IMG/VR virus record: IMGVR_UViG_3300030104_004354
Strand: one strand, 5' to 3'
Length of the DNA stretch: 20,000 nucleotides
Source: an uncultured virus (IMG/VR IMGVR_UViG_3300030104_004354)
Lineage: Duplodnaviria > Heunggongvirae > Uroviricota > Caudoviricetes
Shown here: positions 1 through 8,263 of the stretch, one piece after another
Layout: each line of letters begins with the position of its first letter
Numbering within the stretch: position 1 is the first letter of the stretch
Made by a program: the position numbers and the translations under genes
Notes under the pieces: generated by a model
The model's input: the letters and a program-made list of their open reading frames with translations, nothing else
What the model was told of the DNA's origin: nothing
The model's database searches: none

Positions 1-75
1 GTGTAGAAGTCTATTCTTCTTATTGAGTTTGCCATCAAACCCCTTAGATAAATCTTTTAAAAATTTAACCACCAT
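1..75 (-). CDS. 5' part of a hypothetical (probably tail/baseplate) protein running off the window edge, MVVKFLKDLSKGFDGKLNKKNRLLH...
   Basis: The ATG at 75-73 directly follows the TAA of the tape-measure-like gene, and 25 codons are open to the window edge. Not in the ORF track. Confidence 0.6.
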   Translation of the reverse strand, partial: MVVKFLKDLSKGFDGKLNKKNRLLH

Positions 76-1791
76 TTATTTAGGCTTACCTCCAGCCGTT
101 GTTCTAGGGCCTTCTGAATTCTCAGCTATTCTCTTAGAATATGCGGCGATGTCTCTCATGTAGGAATTACCATCCTCATTCATTCCTTCGAATCCTGACC
201 TGCTTCTAACATAGGAAACTAAGAAGTTTATCCTGTCAATATCCATGGAAGCCTGCTGATAGCTTTCTTGACGACGCTTTTCCTCTGCGATCTCAGCCTG
301 TCTTTTTTCTGCTTCGGCAGACTTGGAGGTATTTTCTTTTATATCCATGAAGAGACCTATAGCAGCACCTCCCACTGCGCCAGCCACAGTTCCTACCCCT
401 GGAATGGGAATCATACTTCCTATACCAGCGCCCATCCCTGCATAATTAAGAGTATTACTAATATTATCAGCACCAGGAACCGTCGCCCCTATGAGTGATG
501 CAGCGCCTAGACCTATACCAACTCCCCCTATCCCTCGAAGGGCTGTGCCTCTAAAGCCGCCTCTTGCAGCAAAAGTATTTTTTATCCCTTGGAGAGAGTA
601 TTTACCTGGACGTTGAAGAGGGCCTATAAAGTCTGGGCCAAGGCGACCGGGTTGTCTTGCGCGGCCCATGGGTAAGACCGAAGCACCACCGCCGCCCACT
701 ATTGCTCCCTTTGCTAACAATGCTAAAATATTTGTATTAATTGATCCAAGCATTCCGAGAGAGGCAACCGCCGTGTTATCATAAAAGTTTACGGCTCTCT
801 CACGCATGTTTTCAATGTTGTTAAGCGTTTCGTCTTGTGTCTTTTTAACGTTATCTTGAACCTTAAAGTCTCTCTGTGAGATCTCGAAAAGATTAGCCAG
901 TTGAGCCACTTGATTCTTGCTGACGCCGAGGAGGTTGGATACGATGTCCAGGCCAAAAGCGCCTCCACCAACTTGCGTCTGCAATTGATTAACTCTTGCA
1001 AGAATAGGAATAACATCCTGAAGGCCCGCAGTTCCTCCAGAGGTAAGTCTGTTACCAAGATTCGTTGCGCCTAAGATGGCTCGTGCCTGAACAGTCTCAA
1101 AACCACCAACTAGAATTCTGTTTAATGTGTTTAAAGCTCCCTGTATGTTAGTGCCGCCCGCTCGACCAGTTAATTGTGTGGCAACTGTTGCTAAGGACTC
1201 AACTGTATTGGATCCAAAGAAGGAAGCGACCTCCATGGATTCTCTAAGAGATTGCATGGTGTTTATCAACCTATCGTTGCTTACTCCATAATCATTGCTA
1301 ACCTTTTCATTGACCTGGGCGAGATTATCAATTACCTTTATATTCTCGCCAGTAAAGAGAACCAAATCTGAGTTTAATCTGGACAGAGCTTGAACGTTTT
1401 GCCCTGTGGCGATCATTTCCTGAGTGAGATTCATTAAGCCTTCAGTCTGAAACCTCACACCTTGTCCAAAGTTGTCTATAATTGCACTCTGAAGTTTCTG
1501 ATTCGATACCAAACCTCTAGAGAGAATATTAGTATTTTTAGATACTTCACGAGTGAGTTTTTCATTAGTAACGCCAACCTTTAAGGCCTCTCTGTTAGTC
1601 CGATCCAACCTTTGGATAGAATCTTGAAATCTTGTTAGAGGATTAGCAAATCTCTCAAAACTTCGACCCACTGTCTTAAGTGACTGAATTAAGTTTCTTT
1701 GAAGTCGATTCTGAGATTCCATCAAGGTTATCTGAGTTCTTCTCAGAACATTTGCTTGATCGTCTTCAGGAGGTAAATTTGTATTGGTCAT
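76..1791 (-). CDS. Tape-measure-like tail protein (571 aa)
   Basis: Long helical Gln/Asn/Leu/Ala-rich body, a C-terminal Gly/Ala-rich hydrophobic block (GAGIGSMIPIPGVGTVAGAVGGAAIG) followed by a coiled coil, and location among virion genes. Confidence 0.65.
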   Translation of the reverse strand: MTNTNLPPEDDQANVLRRTQITLMESQNRLQRNLIQSLKTVGRSFERFANPLTRFQDSIQRLDRTNREALKVGVTNEKLTREVSKNTNILSRGLVSNQKLQSAIIDNFGQGVRFQTEGLMNLTQEMIATGQNVQALSRLNSDLVLFTGENIKVIDNLAQVNEKVSNDYGVSNDRLINTMQSLRESMEVASFFGSNTVESLATVATQLTGRAGGTNIQGALNTLNRILVGGFETVQARAILGATNLGNRLTSGGTAGLQDVIPILARVNQLQTQVGGGAFGLDIVSNLLGVSKNQVAQLANLFEISQRDFKVQDNVKKTQDETLNNIENMRERAVNFYDNTAVASLGMLGSINTNILALLAKGAIVGGGGASVLPMGRARQPGRLGPDFIGPLQRPGKYSLQGIKNTFAARGGFRGTALRGIGGVGIGLGAASLIGATVPGADNISNTLNYAGMGAGIGSMIPIPGVGTVAGAVGGAAIGLFMDIKENTSKSAEAEKRQAEIAEEKRRQESYQQASMDIDRINFLVSYVRSRSGFEGMNEDGNSYMRDIAAYSKRIAENSEGPRTTAGGKPK

Positions 1792-2174
1792 TTGATAGTA
1801 ACCTTCAGGACATCTCTGATTTTAGAAACATTAAAAGTTCTAAAGTTTTGTTTTCCTAGAAAAGCACCGATAATCGCTGGGGAATTGTAGTTACAAGCGG
1901 ACTCATTGTTATATAAGTTATTTACCATTAGAGAAAACATGGTGTCGGATAACGAATCTGCAAGGACGAGATTTAATAATGTGTTGTCCCTGGAGGAAAG
2001 AAATAATCCACTGGATGTTCTTTTTGAGGAAACCACTAAACCATACCTAAGAGAACCTGTATAAGTTATCTGAACTATATCTCCTGGACGGAGGCCTAAG
2101 TAAGAAGTTTCTGATACCTGTACCGAAAGATTTTCTAGCCTGTCTGAGAAAGATTTACTTATAGTCCTGTTCAT
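1788..2174 (-). CDS. Hypothetical protein (128 aa), possible SH3/KOW-like beta barrel
   Basis: Its stop overlaps the tape-measure start (ATGA). It contains an LRPGDIVQITY...RYGLVV pattern, and late-promoter-like motifs lie upstream. Confidence 0.7.
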   Translation of the reverse strand: MNRTISKSFSDRLENLSVQVSETSYLGLRPGDIVQITYTGSLRYGLVVSSKRTSSGLFLSSRDNTLLNLVLADSLSDTMFSLMVNNLYNNESACNYNSPAIIGAFLGKQNFRTFNVSKIRDVLKVTIK

Positions 2175-2198
2175 TGTAATATTTTGTAAAAACTACAA

Positions 2199-2243
2199 TA
2201 TTTAGTGCTTTTTTCGAGGTCCATGCCTCTATAACTATTTATA
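2199..2243 (-). promoter_or_regulatory. Putative late promoter(s): TATAAATA (2243-2236) and CTAAATA (2205-2199)
   Basis: TATAAATA is the T4 late-promoter consensus. CTAAATA recurs upstream of other minus-strand virion genes (83-77, 11958-11952). Confidence 0.5.
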
Positions 2244-2247
2244 TAAT

Positions 2248-2538
2248 ATGAATACGTTAGAAGAGGATTTAGTTGAAACTATTGATTTACTGAACTTTAC
2301 TTTCTCTAGTGACTTTGTAGATAAGTGGAGTTTTAAATATGGTAAAAGATTACCTAGCCTTTATCAGCTTAGATTACTTAAATCATTAGATACTCGAAAG
2401 CCTCTTAAGCTCCAAACTGTCTATAAGTTTCTTGTCGTTGATTCAGGGTTTAATGAAGAAGTCATAAAATCTTTCCTAGAGGATATTGACTACGAGATCT
2501 ACTTTCCTATAATTAAAGGAAAGATTAAAGAGCTATGA
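2248..2538 (+). CDS. Hypothetical protein (96 aa)
   Basis: Clean ORF with the ACTATTTAT motif about 13 nt upstream and an ATGA overlap with the next ORF. Confidence 0.75.
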   Translation: MNTLEEDLVETIDLLNFTFSSDFVDKWSFKYGKRLPSLYQLRLLKSLDTRKPLKLQTVYKFLVVDSGFNEEVIKSFLEDIDYEIYFPIIKGKIKEL

Positions 2539-2699
2539 CCTACAAGAAAGACCCTATTGTTGATGCAATCTACCGCGCCAAGGTGATGGAGAAATATGGC
2601 GCTGATCCAGGATCTAACTGGGATGAAGTAAATCCTCTCACTTCGATTGGTTTATTTCTGGTTGGTATTTGGTTTATTTGGAGCGTATTGTCTTCTTAA
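2535..2699 (+). CDS. Small membrane protein (54 aa) with a C-terminal transmembrane helix
   Basis: MTYKKDPIVDAIYRAKVMEKYGADPGSNWDEVNPLTSIGLFLVGIWFIWSVLSS*. Its start overlaps the upstream stop (ATGA at 2535-2538). Not in the ORF track. Confidence 0.65.
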   Translation: MTYKKDPIVDAIYRAKVMEKYGADPGSNWDEVNPLTSIGLFLVGIWFIWSVLSS

Positions 2700-3462
2700 G
2701 CTCTTTCTGTTCGTCGATTCTCTTGCAGACAATTTCATCTGATTGGAATCTAGGACACGCCTCCTTATACTCACACCAATCGCAGAAGACATTCTCTTGA
2801 GCCCAAAACTCATCCTTCTTCTTCTTGCGAATACGCCAGACTTTCTCAGTCTGCTGTTTCTTCCATCTGTCGATTTGGAAATTACTGAACTTTACGGCGA
2901 CAAAGTTACCAGTGACAGGATAGTAGTGAGCACAATATATTTTGTTGTAGGGGACATCGTATAACTTATGGATTGCCCAGGCATATCCTTTTAGCTGATT
3001 ATCATCCATGAGGGTCTTTTTCTTTTTCTCCCTCTTGGATGTTTTATAATCAATAACCAAGTAGCCACCATCTTTCCCCTTAATAACACGGTCAATAACT
3101 CCAATAAATTTAATGTCGTGCTTTTCATCCAAAGGAACGTTGACCACCTGTTCGGTAGACATTGTCTCCCCCAGACCTTGATTCCAAAGAATAAAGTTTT
3201 CTAGACAGGACTTCATCCTATCATTATCTCGGAAAGGTACCTTGTATGTTGATCGCTCTTGCTCGGCAATCTTCAACAAAGACTTTATGTCCCTTTCTTT
3301 GTAGCCCAGTTCAAATATCTTGTGAATAAAAGACCCGAAGTTCAAAGCATCCTCATTCTTCGAGCCGAATCCCGGCAGCTTCAAGATATATTTCAGTCTG
3401 TACTTCCACAGGCACTGGTCTATGATGTCACTCTTAGAGGCACTAATACTATTTATGAACAT
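2674..3462 (-). CDS. PD-(D/E)XK nuclease, Cas4/RecB/AddB-like with probable Fe-S cluster (262 aa)
   Basis: Motifs G..IH, E, GVIDRV, IDYKT, QL..Y. One N-terminal Cys (QCLWKY) plus C-terminal CDWCEYKEAC. Confidence 0.9.
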   Translation of the reverse strand: MFINSISASKSDIIDQCLWKYRLKYILKLPGFGSKNEDALNFGSFIHKIFELGYKERDIKSLLKIAEQERSTYKVPFRDNDRMKSCLENFILWNQGLGETMSTEQVVNVPLDEKHDIKFIGVIDRVIKGKDGGYLVIDYKTSKREKKKKTLMDDNQLKGYAWAIHKLYDVPYNKIYCAHYYPVTGNFVAVKFSNFQIDRWKKQQTEKVWRIRKKKKDEFWAQENVFCDWCEYKEACPRFQSDEIVCKRIDEQKELKKTIRSK

Positions 3463-4411
3463 GGGATCTGATTCTTATATTAGAAAATATTGTCTGGAGA
3501 AGTTCCAGTCTAATTATAGACTTTCGAGTGACGATACCGAACTAGTAGTTCCTTCAATATTCATAGATAATGACTATAAACGCCACATGTCTATCAATAT
3601 TGAGACTGGGCTTTGGAGATGCTTTAAGACTGGTGAGGTAGGCAACTTTCTTAAGCTATATGCCATCCTAGAAAAATGTAGCTACCGTGAGGCTTACGAG
3701 AAGTTTGTCTTTGAAGACTTTATGGCAGGCTACAAGGGTCGCCGCCCTATCGAGGAGTTTGATCCTAACCAGATTGATTCCGACCTTGATGATGCTGAGA
3801 ACTTTAAGGTTGTTGAGGATCATCCTTTTGTTGAGTCTCGTGGCGTGGGTCAATTCAAATTCTATGTTGCCACTAGCGGTAAATACCGAGGTAGATTAAT
3901 AATTCCCTTCATCAATCGTAACGGTAAGCTATTCTATTTCCAAGGACGGGCTCTTGGTGATGAACAACCCAAATACCTCAACTGTAAAAACCTTAAGAGT
4001 TCGCAGGTTCTATACCCCTTTGATTACGGCTCTCAAGAGCCTCTGTACATCACTGAGGGCGTCTTTGATTGCCTTAGCCTACAGGCGGTTGGGTTAAACG
4101 CCACGACCACTCTAAGCTGCTTTACAAGCCGTGAGCAGATGCTTCAACTTAGTCAGTATGCAGGACCCTTGGTGTGCGCCTTTGATAGTGACGACGCAGG
4201 CATCACGGGCCGCAAGAAGTTTATGCAGCTAGCTCACTGGATACGCAGAGACGACCTACACACTGTTGTGCCGCCTGAGCCCTTCAAAGACTGGAATGAG
4301 ATCTTGATTAAGAAAGGGCCAGACTTTCTTAAGAAATCGGCTGAAAAGACTGGCAAACTAGATGAGCTTCATTTGACATATCTAGCCTATGAAAAGGGTT
4401 GCACTATTTAG
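3461..4411 (+). CDS. dnaG: DnaG-type (TOPRIM) DNA primase; start probably 3461 (alternatives 3455, 3422)
   Basis: Motifs GRLIIPF, FQGRAL, PKYLN, YITEGVFD, FDSDDAG, KDWNE, and a zinc-ribbon-like N-terminus (WRCFKTG..GN). Confidence 0.92.
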   Translation: MGSDSYIRKYCLEKFQSNYRLSSDDTELVVPSIFIDNDYKRHMSINIETGLWRCFKTGEVGNFLKLYAILEKCSYREAYEKFVFEDFMAGYKGRRPIEEFDPNQIDSDLDDAENFKVVEDHPFVESRGVGQFKFYVATSGKYRGRLIIPFINRNGKLFYFQGRALGDEQPKYLNCKNLKSSQVLYPFDYGSQEPLYITEGVFDCLSLQAVGLNATTTLSCFTSREQMLQLSQYAGPLVCAFDSDDAGITGRKKFMQLAHWIRRDDLHTVVPPEPFKDWNEILIKKGPDFLKKSAEKTGKLDELHLTYLAYEKGCTI

Positions 4412-4736
4412 GACTTTTATTCATCCTTTGAGTCTTTCTCTTACTGGCCTCTTTACGGCCCGTAATATATTTGAAGGCCGCTGATAGACTTTTCTTTTTC
4501 TCAGGATCCTTGGTTCTTTTCATGGCAACTCTAACCCTTTGATGGATTAGGTTTATTATCTGAGATTGCCTTTTATGAGGTTTAGATTTAAAAGATCCTT
4601 TAGATAGCGTATCCCTAACATCACCCACCGTGCTAAACTTTACACTGACTGTATCGCTAGGATTTTCATCAGTGTAAAGTCTTCGACCTGAACCTTCAGG
4701 CTTTTTACCAGTTCCCTTTTTAGGATCGTCTGCCAT
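4404..4736 (-). CDS. Very basic hypothetical protein (110 aa), possibly nucleic-acid binding
   Basis: Lys/Arg-rich ORF containing GTGKKPEGSGRRLYTDENP.DTV; it starts 4 nt after the stop of the upstream structural gene. Confidence 0.8.
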   Translation of the reverse strand: MADDPKKGTGKKPEGSGRRLYTDENPSDTVSVKFSTVGDVRDTLSKGSFKSKPHKRQSQIINLIHQRVRVAMKRTKDPEKKKSLSAAFKYITGRKEASKRKTQRMNKSPK

Positions 4737-4740
4737 TCAA

Positions 4741-5691
4741 TTACCGTATGATAAATGCCATGTCATTTGAGACAATGGTTTGATTGAGTGCATTAAACTT
4801 AAGCCTTGCGACATAAGTCCCAGTCATAGATCCAAAAGTACCATCCAGAAGTTTAGGATGTGTTTTTAGAGCTTCTGTGTCTAAGGTGAAGATTACAGTA
4901 TTTTCAGCCGTGGTATCAACCAGCCCTGAGGTAGCAGAGTAACCTGAGACTTCGACTCTTGCTTCCAGGTTTCGGTCTTGATTTTTCTTGTATATCTCGA
5001 TCATCGGGTCAGTTACTAACGACTGCTTGAATAGGTTTACTATGCTTCGATCAATATTGGCATTCTCTAAAGTAAACTCGTTAGTAAATTTGAGATCAAC
5101 CTTAGAGCCCAGGACTACGAAATTGTTTTCAAGTCTAGTAGCCACGCGGAAAAGAAGCGGCTCTGTAACACCAAAGAACCTGTCTTCGGTTAATGTAAAT
5201 TCATTAATTATTGTGTCTAGATCTGATCCGGCAACTCGCTTAACCGTCCAAACGTCGATATAATCTCCAGTAGAGGAGACAGTATTAGCTATCGTGGTAT
5301 CTCCCGAGAGATTGAATACACCGCTAGGAATAACGGCTGGCGTATCTAATACACATGCGAATTTACCCGTCTCCAACTTATAAATACCGGACGCGGCACC
5401 AACTACATCAGGGGTGTAATTACTTGCGTCAAAGGCTGAATTGGTGGTTATCGCTGCACTATTAGAGAAATGCATGAGCACGCTACCCGTAACATCAGAC
5501 TTAATCTCTCCGTCAGAACTTATAACTGAACTTGGAGACTGATTGTCGGATGCAGCAAAGATCGATACTCCGCTAATAGAGTGAGGGTCCACATACTGTC
5601 CGTCGTTGATAAAATACAATATCAGGGCAGTAGGACCCAAAACAGTGGGTCTCTCGTGTCTTGTAGTAACTTGATTTCCATTGATTTTCAT
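4741..5691 (-). CDS. Putative virion structural protein (316 aa), beta-rich
   Basis: Ser/Thr/Asp/Val-rich with a beta-strand pattern; tightly packed behind the tail-assembly genes. Confidence 0.65.
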   Translation of the reverse strand: MKINGNQVTTRHERPTVLGPTALILYFINDGQYVDPHSISGVSIFAASDNQSPSSVISSDGEIKSDVTGSVLMHFSNSAAITTNSAFDASNYTPDVVGAASGIYKLETGKFACVLDTPAVIPSGVFNLSGDTTIANTVSSTGDYIDVWTVKRVAGSDLDTIINEFTLTEDRFFGVTEPLLFRVATRLENNFVVLGSKVDLKFTNEFTLENANIDRSIVNLFKQSLVTDPMIEIYKKNQDRNLEARVEVSGYSATSGLVDTTAENTVIFTLDTEALKTHPKLLDGTFGSMTGTYVARLKFNALNQTIVSNDMAFIIR

Positions 5692-5692
5692 G

Positions 5693-5866
5693 CTAACTCT
5701 CCAGCTTCTTTATTTCCTCGCTGTAAAAATTAATGAAGGCTAATCGCTCTTTTTGAGTCATAATCTTTACGTCTGAGTATGATAAGCCTACCTTATTTAC
5801 TAATATATACGCTTGATAAAGAAGATCCTCTGAGGATAAACTGTCAGTTAGCTCACTGAAAAAAAA
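5693..5866 (-). CDS. -1-frame C-terminal extension of the gp26-like tail assembly protein (FFFSELTDSLSSEDLLYQAYILVNKVGLSYSDVKIMTQKERLAFINFYSEEIKKLES)
   Basis: The track ORF 5693..5908 has only a TTG start inside the upstream gene. Protein-like sequence begins at the T8 run (A8 on +, 5859-5866), and the short helical pattern resembles tail-chaperone C-terminal parts. Confidence 0.7.
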   Translation of the reverse strand, partial: FFFSELTDSLSSEDLLYQAYILVNKVGLSYSDVKIMTQKERLAFINFYSEEIKKLES

Positions 5867-6603
5867 CTGACACCCATCGGGACTGCCATGGTCTCCGTGT
5901 AGGCACAATCAGGACACTCGAATATAAATTTAGGATCTATACCATATTCTGATTTGTTTATCTCCGATATTATTTTTTTAATATCTTGAAGGTGCATTCT
6001 TTTTAGAGCTTTTGATATAAATATGGGATCCTTGGTGCCATTTATAGATACAATAAATCTGTATATATTTTTATAGGCTTCTTCAGGTTCAGCCATTAGC
6101 ATTTCCTCGCTGCTTCTTGGAAACCTCACCTCCACCTTGACACCTAGTTTTGGAAGTGTAAATTCCCTGGGATCCTCCAGATCTTCAGGAACTTGAGTCA
6201 TATTGAGGTGCTCAGACAGCACTAGAGAAGTTTTAATATCCGAGCTACATGCAGGACAGGTAATGTTAAAGTCATATTCTGCTCCATAGGAAAGCTCTCT
6301 AACTTTCATCAACAAAAACATCTTATCCATCGATAGTAGATCATCTACTGATACCCCATCAATGGTTTTTTCAAGAAGCTTAGAAACAATATCATTATTT
6401 GTGTCTTTAGCGTTTAGAATTTTCTGTTCGTCTAAAAACGTTAAAGGTTTTATCTCAACACCTTTAAAAGCAGGATAAAACTTACCTCTAGAAGGTAATT
6501 CGGTAATCATCAAGGTTTCATCATTCGGGTCTGAGAATAAGGCATCTAACGCTTGTTCTCTGGGGTCTTTTGAATCACCTATAATTTGTTTGTTTTTGTT
6601 CAT
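5848..6603 (-). CDS. T4 gp26-like baseplate hub / tail assembly chaperone (about 251 aa)
   Basis: Motifs ELPSRGKFY, IKPLTFLDEQKI, D..FLLMKVRELSYG..Y, two CxxC motifs (CPAC, CPDC) and a C-terminal FF. Start placed at MNKNK. Confidence 0.8.
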   Translation of the reverse strand: MNKNKQIIGDSKDPREQALDALFSDPNDETLMITELPSRGKFYPAFKGVEIKPLTFLDEQKILNAKDTNNDIVSKLLEKTIDGVSVDDLLSMDKMFLLMKVRELSYGAEYDFNITCPACSSDIKTSLVLSEHLNMTQVPEDLEDPREFTLPKLGVKVEVRFPRSSEEMLMAEPEEAYKNIYRFIVSINGTKDPIFISKALKRMHLQDIKKIISEINKSEYGIDPKFIFECPDCAYTETMAVPMGVSFFSVS

Positions 6604-6605
6604 AT

Positions 6606-6633
6606 AATACCCTTGTAACAATTACTATTATAG
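6606..6633. promoter_or_regulatory. Divergent promoter region between the gp26-like and helicase genes, with CTAT-motifs on both strands and a TTGTAACAA palindrome
   Basis: The 33-bp intergenic region has CTATTAT (+, 6625-6631) starting 12 nt before the helicase ATG and CTATAATA (-, 6633-6626) starting 30 nt before the gp26-like ATG. Confidence 0.5.
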
Positions 6634-6636
6634 TAT

Positions 6637-8031
6637 ATGAAAATCACCGTAGGCAACTTAACGTCTACCTTGGAAACGGATAACCCAAAAATCATCTCAG
6701 CTTTGAGGGATAAATATTCTTTTTCAGTGCCTGGACACGAATATTCTCAGGCTTACAAAAAGAGAAGATGGGATGGTAAGAAAAGATACTTTGGAGCCAA
6801 CGGTAAGTTTAGAACCGGCCTATTGTCCAGAATACAAAAAGACTTAGAAGAAATTGGCGTTAAAGAAATTGAATGGGAAAACAAAAACGAACCGGAGGAA
6901 TATTTCATTCCAGAACTTGGTAATTTTCAATATCGAGATTATCAAGAGAGAGCCATTTATAAATGTCTTAGAAGAAAAAGAGCAATAATTGATAGTCCAA
7001 CAGGATCTGGCAAAACCTTAATTATGGCGGGATGTATTGCCGCGCTGCAATGGGGAGATAGTCCATCCGCAGTTATTCTTTTTAGAGAAAAAGGAATTCT
7101 TAACCAAACTTACGAGTTTTTTAAGAAGTGTGGTATTAAGGACCTAGGGTATAACTCAGGAGAGGGCTATGTTCCTGGTAAGATTATGCTGTCTACCGTT
7201 CAAAGTATTGAAAGGATTGTGGACACTCACTTGCATGAGTCAAGTATATTGATGGTTGATGAGGCACATCAATTTTGCCGAGGTGAGACGACCATAGCAG
7301 CCATTGAAAGTTTTCCTAATGCTCGTTATAGGCTTGCATTTACTGCTACTCCCCCTAGAGAGAATGCAAAAGACATTAACGCTAGGATGGTCTTAGAGGG
7401 ATCTTTTGGAGCAGTCTACACTACCAGAACAGCAGAAGACCTTATCAAGGACGGTGCTCTTGCAAAGCCAATTATCCAGATCGTAGATAATACCAGTATA
7501 TCACTAGAGGACGCAGTGGAGGATGACTTATCCTATCTTGATATATACGATCAATACGTGGTAAACTGCGACACTCGTAATGATAAAATTAAAACAATTG
7601 TATCAAAAATATATCAATCCAATCCTAACGCTAAGATTTTAATTCTAGTAAAGAACTTGCAGCATATTGAAAATTTACAACAAAGAATTGATAATTGCTA
7701 CACTATCGAGGGTAAGGATGACATTGATAGTAGATACGATATCATCAACAAGTTTGTAAGGGACGATAAGGCCTCTACAATCATCGGCACAAACGTTATG
7801 CAAACTGGTATTAGTATTGATGAAATTACTCACATGATTAACGCTAGAGGATTATCAGGTGAGGTTCCCACACTACAGGGATTAGGTAGAGGTATTCGCA
7901 AAGCAGAAGGTAAAGACATCATGTATTTTTATGATTTTTACGATCGTGCTCCTTACCTAGAAAGTCATTCGAAACAGAGAATACAACACTACAAAAGGTT
8001 AAAGTTCGAGGTACATAATGTCCGATTCTGA
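6637..8031 (+). CDS. uvsW: SF2 DNA helicase, UvsW-like (464 aa)
   Basis: Motifs RDYQ, SPTGSGKT, DEAH, TAT, TGISI, QGLGRGIR, plus the UvsW-like N-terminal F.VPG..Y...YK...WDGK. Confidence 0.92.
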   Translation: MKITVGNLTSTLETDNPKIISALRDKYSFSVPGHEYSQAYKKRRWDGKKRYFGANGKFRTGLLSRIQKDLEEIGVKEIEWENKNEPEEYFIPELGNFQYRDYQERAIYKCLRRKRAIIDSPTGSGKTLIMAGCIAALQWGDSPSAVILFREKGILNQTYEFFKKCGIKDLGYNSGEGYVPGKIMLSTVQSIERIVDTHLHESSILMVDEAHQFCRGETTIAAIESFPNARYRLAFTATPPRENAKDINARMVLEGSFGAVYTTRTAEDLIKDGALAKPIIQIVDNTSISLEDAVEDDLSYLDIYDQYVVNCDTRNDKIKTIVSKIYQSNPNAKILILVKNLQHIENLQQRIDNCYTIEGKDDIDSRYDIINKFVRDDKASTIIGTNVMQTGISIDEITHMINARGLSGEVPTLQGLGRGIRKAEGKDIMYFYDFYDRAPYLESHSKQRIQHYKRLKFEVHNVRF

Positions 8032-8263
8032 AATTATTACAAAAGAAGCGCAGATCGACACGATCAACAAAATTACAAAAGATCAAACCAATTTAATTGA
8101 TGCATGCGTTGAAATGCTAAACGAGATGAAATCTAATGGCAAGATCAATGAAACCACTGTAAGGGATCTTACTAGTCTTATCAGACAATTAGATTCTCTA
8201 AGAGAGCTATTCTACACACGCTTATTCAATTCTCTTAAGCGTGGTGATATGCTACTGAATTAG
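8018..8263 (+). CDS. Hypothetical helical protein (81 aa)
   Basis: GAGG Shine-Dalgarno-like site upstream; overlaps the helicase stop. Confidence 0.7.
   Translation: MSDSEIITKEAQIDTINKITKDQTNLIDACVEMLNEMKSNGKINETTVRDLTSLIRQLDSLRELFYTRLFNSLKRGDMLLN

Noticed and set aside
2535..3462. CRISPR locus suggested by the Cas4-like gene
   Set aside because: No repeat-spacer array and no other cas genes are visible. The 18217-18337 repeats are only 10-12 bp and include an inverted copy.
5693..5908. Independent 71-aa gene starting at TTG 5908
   Set aside because: The start lies inside the upstream gene with no RBS, and the N-terminus looks like off-frame sequence; better explained as a frameshift extension.
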